Positions 7,026-16,313 of a stretch of DNA of 27,070 bases are shown one piece after another. How positions within the stretch are numbered: the stretch's first letter is position 1; the number at the start of each line of letters is the position of its first letter. Origin of the DNA: a virus (Duplodnaviria; Caudoviricetes). The stretch lies in the IMG/VR virus record IMGVR_UViG_3300037834_000014, positions 1-27,070 of that record. One strand, 5' to 3'. The notes beneath the pieces are model-generated. The model ran no database searches, was not told the origin of the DNA, and was given only the letters and a program-made list of their open reading frames with translations. The position numbers were made by a program, and so were the translations under genes.

Positions 7026-9625
7026 ATCTGGGTCGCTTTCTTCAGTCCGGAGAAGGTGCAGGTTGCGCCGGTCGAACCGCTGATCGTCGCGCCTTTGCGA
7101 GGGCGGAACTCGAAATAATAATCGGTGCCCGACGTCAGACCGGACATCGTCTGGCTGATGCCGAGAGCGCCGGGGTCGTTGACCACCTCGGGGGGGCTCA
7201 CAAGCGATGCCCGGTAGCAATTATAGGCGCTGTGCACCTCGCCAGCGGGCACGTCGGTGAAGGGACCAGAACCCGACGTCGAATAGCCCCACTTACCGTA
7301 AGCATCGTTCTCGCCGTTCGACGAGCGCGTATAGCTCAGCGCTGCCTCCAGCTTGATCTGCCCGGACGCGGGCGCGCGGATCGGGCCGATGACGACGCCA
7401 CTGGATAGATAGCTGGAGGTGGTGTTGGTTTGGTCGGCCATCGACTGGACCGACGTCGGCGCGCTGCCGCTCGGCGGTGGCGGCGGAGGCGGAGCGTCAA
7501 GCACCGGCGTGATTGCGATCTTGCCGTTGATCGTGATCCCGTCGTTGGCCGACGCCACCGCGATCTCGACAGGTCCGCCCGCGCCGTTGAAGGCGGTGAT
7601 GCTTATGTCGCCGCGATCGTTGGTGGCCGAAGCGGTGTCGATCGTGGCAGTGACAGCCGCAGGAAAAGTCGCGCTCCACACCGTCGCGGCATCGATCTGC
7701 GCGTTGCCGCGCTTGCGGGCGTTGACCAATGTGCGGGGAAGCTGCCCTGCCTTCGGCGCGCCGAGATAGTCGCACAGGATGCTCTGCGCGGGCGCGAGGA
7801 TCATCGCCGCTGTCGATCGGCCCGCCTCGACCGCGATCCGGTCCAGAAGCGTCTGGCGCGCGTCGTAAAAGGCTTTGAAGGTCGCGTTGAAAACGAACCG
7901 GTCGATCGCCGTGTCTGACGAATAATCGTTATAGGCTGGCGCCAGCCCGATCAGATAGGCCACGAGCGCCGCGACTGCCGCGTCGTAAGCGGTCTTTTCC
8001 GTCGTGATGGCATAGTAGACGGCATTATTCTGGATGCCGGCCTGCTCGGACAGCATGGCATTATAGCGCAGCACGACGTCGGGCTTTTCCGACTTGTCGA
8101 GCACGCCATCGGCGACGATCGCATTGATCTTCGCCTGTGCGCTGATCGCGTCGGCCTTCGCCGCGTCGGCCGTCGCGTTCGCGGTTCCCGCGAGATCGAG
8201 CGCATCCACCGCGACCTGGTCCTGGACATCTTCATACCCACCGCCCAGCCACACCGCACCATTGCTGGTCCAGTCGGCGCCGTTCGACGTCCATTTGCGA
8301 AATCCAAAGCGGAACGGGTGCCCGCCATCGTCATACCAGATCGTGCCCCTCGGCAGTTCCAGTGGGGGAGCCGGGGACTTGTCCGTCGGCGGCTTGTTCG
8401 ACTGCGCGCCGCCCTCGGCGGGCTTCAGAGCCTCCAGCGGCGTCCCGTCGAGATAGGTAACATCGTCGGCAAGGATGACCGCCGCCGAAATCTCGCTGTC
8501 ATTGTGAACGCGATGATTGCGGCGATAGCCCACCTTGCGTGACTTGACGGGCGGCAGTTGCCGTTCACGGCCAATGAAGATCGCCTGAAACGACGCGGCA
8601 GGCGCACCCCACGCCCATTCGCCGATGCGGATCGTCGCATCGGGCTGAAGCACCCAATAGAGAGAGATGCCGAGCAGCAGCCGATCGATCGCTTGGGCGA
8701 CCGTGTCGGTCGAGACGGCAACATGGATACCGACCGGCGCCGGGCGCAACGCATCGGCCGCCGCCTGATTGGCGATAGCCGGTCCGCCGACCGCGACGAG
8801 CATCTTGGCGACGATCGCCGCCGCCGTCTCGACATAGCCGCCCGCGTTCTCGCCGCGAATGTCAGCCGTCAGCGGCCCCGAGGGAATTGTCCACCATTTG
8901 ACGCACGCGATCGACGGCGCGGCGACACATCCGCCCTCCGGCGCGACGGCGACCTGAAGGGCGGCAAAGGTCGCGGCGATGCTGCCCTGCCAAGCGAGTA
9001 CGACAAGCCCGCCCGCGCGCCCCTTGTCGCGCACGGCATCGAACGCCCCGAACGACTTCGACGGATCGCCGAATTCGTAGATGTTGTTGGCCTTGTCGAG
9101 CAGTGAGCCCTCGACATTGTAGACGCGTCCCCAGCTCCGGCGCTTCGGACGTCCCGTGGCCTCGGCAGGCCCCTCGATCCCGCCCGCTCCGGTGAAGCCG
9201 GCGCCGAGCAGCGGCTTGTCGAGCAGCTTGCTGGGGTCGGCGATCGTCAGGACCATCTGGCCTTCGTTGGCCACGACATCGGCGACCGTGCCGGTCAACC
9301 GCCGTGCCAGTGCGCCGCTTTCGTCGCCGGCATCGATCGCGATCGGCGCGTCACGCCAGTAATAGGCGAGCAGCGACGTCATCACCGACGTCTCGCTGGG
9401 GAAGAAGCCCAGCTCGCCGTTGGTCGGGATCGTGCCGCCCGACCATCCGTTATCGTCGAAAGCGAAGCCGGCGCGGAACCGCGGCATGGAGACAATGCCG
9501 GCGCGGTAGTTCTGACCAGCCCGACGATAGGGCGTATCGGTGCCGCCGCCCGCGAGTCGGACGGTGACCTCGGCACCGGTATCAACCCGGCGCGGCTTCA
9601 CGTCGATGAACGCGATCTCGCTCAT
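7022..9625 (-). CDS. Tail hub/central fibre protein (867 aa)
   Basis: Directly follows the tape measure. Hub-like N-terminal ~385 aa, helical DGVLDKSEK region, poly-Pro linker and FN3-like C-terminus (GLTSGTDYYFEFR). Confidence 0.78.
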   Translation of the reverse strand: MSEIAFIDVKPRRVDTGAEVTVRLAGGGTDTPYRRAGQNYRAGIVSMPRFRAGFAFDDNGWSGGTIPTNGELGFFPSETSVMTSLLAYYWRDAPIAIDAGDESGALARRLTGTVADVVANEGQMVLTIADPSKLLDKPLLGAGFTGAGGIEGPAEATGRPKRRSWGRVYNVEGSLLDKANNIYEFGDPSKSFGAFDAVRDKGRAGGLVVLAWQGSIAATFAALQVAVAPEGGCVAAPSIACVKWWTIPSGPLTADIRGENAGGYVETAAAIVAKMLVAVGGPAIANQAAADALRPAPVGIHVAVSTDTVAQAIDRLLLGISLYWVLQPDATIRIGEWAWGAPAASFQAIFIGRERQLPPVKSRKVGYRRNHRVHNDSEISAAVILADDVTYLDGTPLEALKPAEGGAQSNKPPTDKSPAPPLELPRGTIWYDDGGHPFRFGFRKWTSNGADWTSNGAVWLGGGYEDVQDQVAVDALDLAGTANATADAAKADAISAQAKINAIVADGVLDKSEKPDVVLRYNAMLSEQAGIQNNAVYYAITTEKTAYDAAVAALVAYLIGLAPAYNDYSSDTAIDRFVFNATFKAFYDARQTLLDRIAVEAGRSTAAMILAPAQSILCDYLGAPKAGQLPRTLVNARKRGNAQIDAATVWSATFPAAVTATIDTASATNDRGDISITAFNGAGGPVEIAVASANDGITINGKIAITPVLDAPPPPPPPSGSAPTSVQSMADQTNTTSSYLSSGVVIGPIRAPASGQIKLEAALSYTRSSNGENDAYGKWGYSTSGSGPFTDVPAGEVHSAYNCYRASLVSPPEVVNDPGALGISQTMSGLTSGTDYYFEFRPRKGATISGSTGATCTFSGLKKATQI

Positions 9626-12600
9626 CGGATGTCCACGTAGCGATTGACGTCCAGCCGGATCCCGCTGAGCGCGGCACCGACGGGCGCGCCGCCATTGGAT
9701 CGCAGGATCGCGCGCATTTCGGACAGGATGTCGTTGGTTTCGTTCGTGAGCTGGTTTTGCGTCTGCATCGCCTTGCTCGTGTCGACGCTTGCCTGCTGCG
9801 CGGCGCGGATGCGCTCATTCTCGGCCGCGATGATCTTTTCGGCCGTGCTGATCGCATTGGAACGATCGGACGCATATTCGCCGCCGGCGGTGCCGTAGGC
9901 GTCGCGGCTCGTCTCGACGAGCTTGCGGGTAAGGTCCGCCAACTTGTCGGCCGCGCCGTCGACACCCTTTTCGGCATCCGCCTTCGCCGCCGCAATCTCG
10001 GTGAGCAATTTGCTGCGACGATCGGCGGCCGAACCCTCGAACAGGTCGCCGAATTTCATATCGTCGAGCAGCTGCTGCAACGAACCGACGCGGGTCGACA
10101 GGATCTGTTCGACCATCTTGGCGCGATCCTCGGCGTTGCGCGCCTCGATCTTGCTGACGTCGAAGCCATATTGCGTCGCGATCCGGACGCGCTCCTTGGC
10201 CTGATCCTCGAACTCGCGGAACTGACGCTCGAGCGCGTTGCCGAGACCGCCGAGAATTTCCTCGACCTCGCGGACCTTCAGCGCCTCTTGGACGGCCTTG
10301 TCGATGTCGGTGCTCGATCGCAGCGCCTGTTGCATCGCGGCCGACAAGCCCTTGATGGCTCCGTCGCCGATCGCGTCGGCGATGGCGAATGCGATCGCGC
10401 CGGCTTCGTCGTCGTTGAAGTTTCGGGCGCCGCTGCCCGTCTTCAGCGAGCTGCCGGTTGTGTTGACGCGATAATCGCCATCGCGCACGCCAATCGTGGT
10501 GTAGAAGGAACCGACCGATGCGCCGAGGGCATCGGCGATCTTCTGAAGCCCGCCTGTGACCGAGCCCGCCAGCCCTTCGGCCTGGCCGTAGTTTTTCTTG
10601 TCTTTGCCGCCGACCGAATAGTCGTCGACACCGGTGATGGTGGCGCCAGCCGACCGCGCCTTTTTGAACAGCCCCCCGAGCAATCCGCCCGCGATCGAAC
10701 CGACGATCTCGCCGCCCGGAATGGGAAGAAACGAACCGACCGCGCCGCCGATCTGCGAACCCGTCGTGCTCATCTTCAAACCAAGCGATTTGCCGATGCC
10801 CGCGACCATCGTCCCGGTCTGCGCACCTTGGAACGCGCCGCCGAGCGTGCTTTTCAGCTTGTCGGGCAGGCCGGGCAATTCCTTGACCGCGCCGAGGATG
10901 CCGCCGACCGGCCCCGCCGTGAAGAAGCCGGCATAGGCGCCTTCAAAGACGGGGGAGAGCTTGCGGAAGAAATCGCCGCCCAGATACTCGTCGAACAGCT
11001 TGGCGAGCGGCTCATATTGGGTGCGCGCCATTTCGCGCAAGAAATCCGTCTGCTCGCGCATCAGCGTCCCGCCGATCGACGGCTTGCGCGATCCGTTCAC
11101 GACGATCGCGGGATTGGCCGCGTCCTCGCTCGCGCCCTTGAACACGCCGAGGAAGGATTTCGCGCCTTGGGCGATCGCGCTGGGCGCCTTCGCCCGGTTA
11201 AGATCGGCGGTAGCTGCGCCGACCGCGTCGGTGAACATCTTGAGCGCGGCCGACGAACGGCCCGCCTCCGTTTCGAGACTATCGACCTGTTCGGTCAGCG
11301 CCTCGACCTCGCGATCGAGCGGCGTCTTGCCGCGCACCCGCTTTTCGAGCGCGCGCAAGCTGTCGCCAAAAATGGCTTCGACCGTCATGCTGCCCCGGAA
11401 GCGTTTGATCAGCTTTTCGGTATCTTTCAGGAAATCGCCGGCACTGCCGCCGCTGAACAGATCCTCCAGCGCGCCGCGCAGGTCGCCGATCGACGACATA
11501 TAGATGGCGATGATGTCCTGACGCTTTTGGAGCAGATCGTTAATCCGCTCCTCCAGCGCCACCATCTGCTCGACCGAACGCCGCTGATCAGCCGTCAACG
11601 GTCCCTGATCGCGCGTGAGCTGCTGGATGCGGGCGAGGACTTCGGCCTCGCGCTCGCGGCCCTGCAGGACGAGGAGCTGGACGGCCTGCTGTTCGCGGCT
11701 GGCACGCAGCATGTCGTTCAACGGCCCGCTGACCGTGTCGATCGCTACCGCCTTCAGCTCCTGTGCGCGGGCGACGAGCTGCTCCCAATTCGGGGGCTTG
11801 CGATCGGACAGCACGGCAATGACCCCGTCGAGCTCCTTGATCGCGGCCTTGGCCTTGGTGATCCCGTCGGGCAGGGGGACAAGGCGTTGCTGGATCGTGT
11901 CGAGGGGGTCGGCGATGCCGGCAACCACAGCCGTCCGGGCATCCTTCGCTTCGGCAATCAGCTTCTCGAACGAAGGCGGGCGACGCTTTTCCAGATCCTC
12001 GATCAGCCCGTCGAGCGTGCGGAGATCGGTGAAAGCCTTGTCCAGCCCTTGCGGAGCCGGATTATAGGCGTCCGAAATGCGTGCGATCTTCTCGGCCGCG
12101 CCATCCCCGAAATTTTCGAGCGCGCGTGCGGCTCCGGCACCGCTGCGCGGCTTCCGCCCCGCCGGCCCCTTGGTCCGGAATTCCTTTGCCAGTGCGCCGC
12201 TTTCGAGAGATTTATCGATCAGATCGGCGGCGCGCCGATTGAGTTCGGCAACGGCGCCATCACGGAACGCCGCGACGACTTCGGACTGGTCAAAGCCGGT
12301 CCCTTCGAAATCAATGGCGTCGGTCATCTTGACCGCGTCGGCACGCTTGATGCGCCCGGCGCTGACGCCTTCGGCAATCATCGTGAGCTGGCGGCGGTTC
12401 GCGAGCGCGTCGGTGAACTTCTTCGGATCCGCTCCATATTGGTTCGAGGCGACGAATTGTCCGTAAAGTTGGGCCGTGTTGAGGTTGCCCGGCTTGATCA
12501 GGCTATCGGTGACCGAGCGAGCGTTCGCCTCCGCCTTTACGGCCTCCGCCCGCAAGCTGATCGCCTGCAATCGCGCGTTGATGATCAGCAGCTCATTCTG

Positions 12601-13254
12601 CGTCTTCAGCTTGCCCGATACCGTGTCGAAAACTTGACCGAGAACCGTTTGCGCGGCCGCCAGACCGTCGGCGCCGGCCTCGGCCGCCGCGCTGGCGTCG
12701 GCATTCTCGAACAGTTTGGCGGCGAGCATGGTGACGAGCGGGATCGCAACGCCGATCGCGATCCCGACGGGACCGCCCATGATCGACGCGAATTTGGCGA
12801 GGCGCGAGGAATTCTTGTCGACCTCGCCGCCCATCAGCGCGATCGCGCCCTGCGCCTGCGAGGCCTGCTGCGAAAAGGCCGTGAGCAGGGGCGTGCCCGC
12901 CTGCCACTGGATCAGGAAGTCCTGCGCCTGTTGACCGAGCTGAAACTGCCCGGCGCGGAGGCGGTTTTGCGCCCGCGCAATTTCGTTGGCGGCCTGCTGC
13001 TCGGCGCGGGCGGCGGCGCGCGCAGCCCGTTCCTGATCCTTCCGCGCGCGCTCTACCTCACGCGCGGCCGCCGCCGCTGCACGATCGCTTGCCGCAGCCG
13101 CTGACGTAGCGGTCGCGTTCTGACGCGCGGCGCCCGCCATTTCCTTCAGGCCAGCAGCCGCACCACGGGCGCGCTGTTCGGCCGCGTTAAGCGTGCCGAC
13201 AAGACCATCGTCGCGACCGCGCAGGCGGGCTTCTAGGACGGTTTGCGCGCTCAT
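9622..13254 (-). CDS. Tail tape measure protein (1210 aa)
   Basis: Long Ala-rich helical protein after the chaperones. Lambda-type QLGQQAQDF..Q.QAG...AFSQQ motif and Gly-rich hydrophobic stretch. Confidence 0.93.
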   Translation of the reverse strand: MSAQTVLEARLRGRDDGLVGTLNAAEQRARGAAAGLKEMAGAARQNATATSAAAASDRAAAAAAREVERARKDQERAARAAARAEQQAANEIARAQNRLRAGQFQLGQQAQDFLIQWQAGTPLLTAFSQQASQAQGAIALMGGEVDKNSSRLAKFASIMGGPVGIAIGVAIPLVTMLAAKLFENADASAAAEAGADGLAAAQTVLGQVFDTVSGKLKTQNELLIINARLQAISLRAEAVKAEANARSVTDSLIKPGNLNTAQLYGQFVASNQYGADPKKFTDALANRRQLTMIAEGVSAGRIKRADAVKMTDAIDFEGTGFDQSEVVAAFRDGAVAELNRRAADLIDKSLESGALAKEFRTKGPAGRKPRSGAGAARALENFGDGAAEKIARISDAYNPAPQGLDKAFTDLRTLDGLIEDLEKRRPPSFEKLIAEAKDARTAVVAGIADPLDTIQQRLVPLPDGITKAKAAIKELDGVIAVLSDRKPPNWEQLVARAQELKAVAIDTVSGPLNDMLRASREQQAVQLLVLQGREREAEVLARIQQLTRDQGPLTADQRRSVEQMVALEERINDLLQKRQDIIAIYMSSIGDLRGALEDLFSGGSAGDFLKDTEKLIKRFRGSMTVEAIFGDSLRALEKRVRGKTPLDREVEALTEQVDSLETEAGRSSAALKMFTDAVGAATADLNRAKAPSAIAQGAKSFLGVFKGASEDAANPAIVVNGSRKPSIGGTLMREQTDFLREMARTQYEPLAKLFDEYLGGDFFRKLSPVFEGAYAGFFTAGPVGGILGAVKELPGLPDKLKSTLGGAFQGAQTGTMVAGIGKSLGLKMSTTGSQIGGAVGSFLPIPGGEIVGSIAGGLLGGLFKKARSAGATITGVDDYSVGGKDKKNYGQAEGLAGSVTGGLQKIADALGASVGSFYTTIGVRDGDYRVNTTGSSLKTGSGARNFNDDEAGAIAFAIADAIGDGAIKGLSAAMQQALRSSTDIDKAVQEALKVREVEEILGGLGNALERQFREFEDQAKERVRIATQYGFDVSKIEARNAEDRAKMVEQILSTRVGSLQQLLDDMKFGDLFEGSAADRRSKLLTEIAAAKADAEKGVDGAADKLADLTRKLVETSRDAYGTAGGEYASDRSNAISTAEKIIAAENERIRAAQQASVDTSKAMQTQNQLTNETNDILSEMRAILRSNGGAPVGAALSGIRLDVNRYVDIR

Positions 13255-13538
13255 TTCGCTGCCTCTGCAAATGTGGCGATCGCTGCGTGTTCCATAACGC
13301 GGAGGCCGCGAAGCGTATCAGGCCCGATCTCGATCCCGGCCAGTTCGGCGGTGGGCTTGATCGCGGGATAATCCAGTCCGATGCGCTGCCCCGTAAACGG
13401 ATGCCGGTTCCATTGGGTGTCGAGAGCGAAGAAGAGCGCGACAATGTCGGCGTCGTCACGGTGGATCGAAATGTCCTCGTCGTCCGAAGAACGCCCCCTC
13501 AGGAGGCGATCGGGGATCTTGGCATTCTGAGTAACCAC
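13251..13538 (-). CDS. Tail assembly chaperone C-terminal part (gpT-like, DUF1799-like), probably reached by -1 frameshift
   Basis: TQW...GLDYPA...LRVMEHAA motif. The frame is open back to the slippery site at 13601-13607. Confidence 0.8.
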   Translation of the reverse strand: MVTQNAKIPDRLLRGRSSDDEDISIHRDDADIVALFFALDTQWNRHPFTGQRIGLDYPAIKPTAELAGIEIGPDTLRGLRVMEHAAIATFAEAAK

Positions 13539-13597
13539 GTCGTCGGCCTTCTCACGCTGGCCGCCTCGCCCCGACGCCCAGGAGCGGGCGACCGCCC

Positions 13598-14011
13598 TCA
13601 GTTTCCCTTGCGCTGCTCCGGCTGAGCTGCGCGCAGTTTGCGGTAGCTGTCGGTCACACCGGTTGCGAAATTCGGGACACGCAGCATGCGCTCCAGCCCG
13701 TCCTTTCCGAACGGGATCGAACGACCGGCCTCGCTGCCGTCGTCTTCGGTCACACCCTGCCAGTCTTCGAGGATCCGCAGGATGAAGGGCGACAGGACCG
13801 AACTCAGCGTCTTTCGATCCTCGGGACTTTCGGCCTCGGTCAGCGCCGTGGCGACGTTGACGACATCCTCGTTGAACTGAAAGAATTCGTCCTCGTCGAG
13901 GATGATGAAACGACCGCGAATTTCATACGAGACGACTTCTCCATCCTCGGTCACGCCGTTGAACTGGATCGGCCACCACGCGCGGGGCTGCGAAACGATT
14001 TTATATGCCAC
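13598..14011 (-). CDS. Tail assembly chaperone (lambda gpG-like)
   Basis: Lies between tail tube and tape measure. AGGAG RBS. Ends in KGN-stop over G GGA AAC. Confidence 0.82.
   Translation of the reverse strand: MAYKIVSQPRAWWPIQFNGVTEDGEVVSYEIRGRFIILDEDEFFQFNEDVVNVATALTEAESPEDRKTLSSVLSPFILRILEDWQGVTEDDGSEAGRSIPFGKDGLERMLRVPNFATGVTDSYRKLRAAQPEQRKGN
13601..13607 (-). other. -1 ribosomal frameshift slippery heptamer GGGAAAC
   Basis: X XXY YYZ immediately before the TGA. The -1 frame reads KLRAVARSWASG... without a stop into 13251..13538. Confidence 0.85.
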
Positions 14012-14163
14012 GATGGCCTCCTGTCAGATATGGCGGGGATGTTCGGCTCCCCGCGCCGGACCCTGATCACGATCGATTGCTCGATCCCGTCGCTCCGGCA
14101 TGTGCACTGGCTAGGCGCCGGCGCCCCGAACGGCAGCTGCACGCCATCATAGCCCCTCGGGTA

Positions 14164-15102
14164 TCAGGTGGCGGTGATTACGAGATCGTCCTGACCCGCG
14201 TCGATGTTCATGCGGATATCCATTTCCCACATGACCTTGCGGTCCTCTTCGGTCTCGTTGATCGCGACAATCTGGGTCTGCGCGCAGCTGAGTCCGACCG
14301 TGTTGCCATCCTCGACGCCGTGCGTCAGGCTGAGCGGCATGATCGAACCCTCATCGAGCGCGGCGAGATAGTCCTTAGCGGCCATTGACGGCGCCTCGAC
14401 GACGATGCGCCCCGTGATCGCATGATCGCCGCGATTGACGTAGCGGGCGCCGATCAGGTTGCGCAGGTTGATCCCGACACCAGCGTTGAGCTGCAGGCTG
14501 CGTGTGATGACCGCGAAGCCGTCGAGCGTCAGGAGCGTGTTGTCGCTATTGACCTCCAACGGCGCGACGAAGCGATCAAAGTCGGCAACGCCGGGAACGG
14601 CGACCGCTCGCGGAGCGACCTTCGGCACAAGCTGCGTGAAATTAAACCCAAAGAAGGGATAGGCGCCAGCGGTAAAATCGATGGTGAACGTTCCGCGACC
14701 GCCGATACCGATGCGCTTCTGATCGCCGACCCAGTGATATTGGGTGACAGACGATTGGGGCGTACTTGCGGCAGCCATGCGCTGTGTCGCGCTGGTGTCG
14801 GCAACGAGCACTGGCGGAGCCATGCCGCATGCTTCGAGCAATTCCATCCACGCCGGCGCGACGCCAGCATCGCCCGAGCCGGCAACCTCGACCTCGTAGG
14901 CCAGCTCCTGACGCTTGTTCGTCGCGGCGATGGGCGTGGATCCGAAGCTTCCGCGATCGAGATTGCGCTCCAGCGGATCGGTTGCAAGCGGCAAAGGCCG
15001 GAAGTTGCGGGTAAGGATCGCATTGTCTGCCAGCGTCGGAACAATGTCCGTGCCGTAAACCGCTTCCTTTTTCGCGGCGATGACTTTGACGGCATCAACC
15101 AT
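14164..15102 (-). CDS. Major tail (tube) protein
   Basis: KKEAVYGTD N-terminus, P.WMELLEACG, DDLVITAT end. AGGAG spacing favours the ATG at 15102 over 15108. Confidence 0.85.
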   Translation of the reverse strand: MVDAVKVIAAKKEAVYGTDIVPTLADNAILTRNFRPLPLATDPLERNLDRGSFGSTPIAATNKRQELAYEVEVAGSGDAGVAPAWMELLEACGMAPPVLVADTSATQRMAAASTPQSSVTQYHWVGDQKRIGIGGRGTFTIDFTAGAYPFFGFNFTQLVPKVAPRAVAVPGVADFDRFVAPLEVNSDNTLLTLDGFAVITRSLQLNAGVGINLRNLIGARYVNRGDHAITGRIVVEAPSMAAKDYLAALDEGSIMPLSLTHGVEDGNTVGLSCAQTQIVAINETEEDRKVMWEMDIRMNIDAGQDDLVITAT

Positions 15103-15391
15103 CGGCATTCTCCTGTTCGTCCGCGACCTTCAGCGCGGGATCTTCGATACCGGCATCAGCGAGCCACTGGCGGCGCGCGGGACCGGAGGTAGGCAGACCG
15201 TGCTCGTCGAGTTCGAGGCCGGTTTCGGCGTCGATCGCGCGCGGCGCCGTCGGCTCTGCCTGTGTTGCCTCGGGCATAGCTTTGCCCTTCCGGCCCTTGG
15301 CGGCCCTGTCCTCGACGGGCGGCTGCGCGATCGCCGCGCTGCCATTCTCGCCGGGGGTTGACTGGATCGCGGGATCAGTGTCTTCCGCCAT
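15095..15391 (-). CDS. Hypothetical protein (98 aa)
   Basis: TGATG-coupled, AAGGA RBS, fills the gap in the operon. Confidence 0.6.
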   Translation of the reverse strand: MAEDTDPAIQSTPGENGSAAIAQPPVEDRAAKGRKGKAMPEATQAEPTAPRAIDAETGLELDEHGLPTSGPARRQWLADAGIEDPALKVADEQENADG

Positions 15392-15810
15392 CAGCTGTTT
15401 CCTTTCCTAAGTCGCCAGTTGGCTCTAAAATTTGAGGCCCATGTGACCCCCCAGCCGTCAGCGGCTAGCAGCGATCCTCCCGCGTAGTTCGTCGGCCCGG
15501 TGGCATCGGGGTGGCGCCAACCCGCGAGCGCGTTGATCACTGCGCGCTCATCTTGTTCGAGCTGCCTTGAAGCTTCGGCGTCGGCGCGGACCGGGATCTT
15601 TCGCAGAATGATGACGCGAAACTGCGTCGCGACCCGCTGATCGTGGATCCCGTTCGTTTCGTTGTCGCGGGCAGCCTCGACATGCGGCACGACAAAGAGC
15701 GCGATGGCATGAGCTGGCGCAGCCTTCAGCCCAGCGAATTCGAGGACGCCTTCGACATGCTTGAAGCCTGCCGCCTTCAGCTGGGTGATGATCGGTGCGG
15801 CCGCGATCAT
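15391..15810 (-). CDS. Tail terminator/completion protein (Mu gp37-like)
   Basis: Position, plus ALFVVP and VINALAGW..P...GG.LL motifs. Confidence 0.72.
   Translation of the reverse strand: MIAAAPIITQLKAAGFKHVEGVLEFAGLKAAPAHAIALFVVPHVEAARDNETNGIHDQRVATQFRVIILRKIPVRADAEASRQLEQDERAVINALAGWRHPDATGPTNYAGGSLLAADGWGVTWASNFRANWRLRKGNS
15422..15466 (-). promoter_or_regulatory. Predicted late promoter for the tail tube operon, embedded in the upstream CDS
   Basis: Plus strand CTAA at 15425 and CAGCCG-TCAG-CGGCT at 15452 (27-bp offset). Local codons are atypically AT-rich. Confidence 0.65.
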
Positions 15811-16313
15811 GCCGCCGCTCCGCTGTTCATCGCCGTCAGCAGATGACCGACTAGGATCCGATCGATCGCCAAGATGTCATCGTCGGAGAAGCCGAGGTAG
15901 GCGCGACGCGGCATAGTGACGCTTGCCCGATAGCCAAAGGGCGTGTTGAGCGCCTTGCCGGTCTTGGGGCGGATCGTCCCGCCGAACTGGTGAATGCGGC
16001 CGTAGATCGCCGGCCCGCCCGTGCCATAAACGCCGACCGAGGCATAATCTTCGCCGCTCTGTCGTTCGATCGCGTTGTACAGATCGCCGCTGTCCTGCAG
16101 AGTCTTGCGGCTCTCTTCCATCGCCGCCGCCGACTTTTTCCACGGCAGGCCGAGCGGATCGCGTTCATCCTGAAAGCGGTCGAGCGTGCCTTCGAACATG
16201 ACCTCCGACGCTTCGGCCATCGGGCGCGACAGATCCGACGCAGCCTCGCGAAGCCGGCGCAGCGTCGGCGCCAGCGCGTCGACCGTGTTGATGTCGATGA
16301 CGAGGCCGCTCAC
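15807..16313 (-). CDS. Phage virion morphogenesis protein (Mu gpG / P2 gpS-like)
   Basis: RFQDERDPLGLPW, LQDSGDL, YGRIHQFGG and MPRRAYLG motifs. Confidence 0.9.
   Translation of the reverse strand: MSGLVIDINTVDALAPTLRRLREAASDLSRPMAEASEVMFEGTLDRFQDERDPLGLPWKKSAAAMEESRKTLQDSGDLYNAIERQSGEDYASVGVYGTGGPAIYGRIHQFGGTIRPKTGKALNTPFGYRASVTMPRRAYLGFSDDDILAIDRILVGHLLTAMNSGAAA

Noticed and set aside
5405-9625. Invertible fibre segment or diversity-generating retroelement
   Set aside because: No invertase or reverse transcriptase, no opposite-strand fibre copy, and no template/variable repeat pair seen in this window.
11589-11603. CAGCCGTCAACGGTC, partial late-promoter dyad
   Set aside because: Right arm is degenerate, there is no CTAA at the 27-bp offset, and it is mid-gene.
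9757-13104. 1115-aa plus-strand ORF
   Set aside because: Antisense shadow of the tape measure gene in high-GC DNA. No recognisable motifs.
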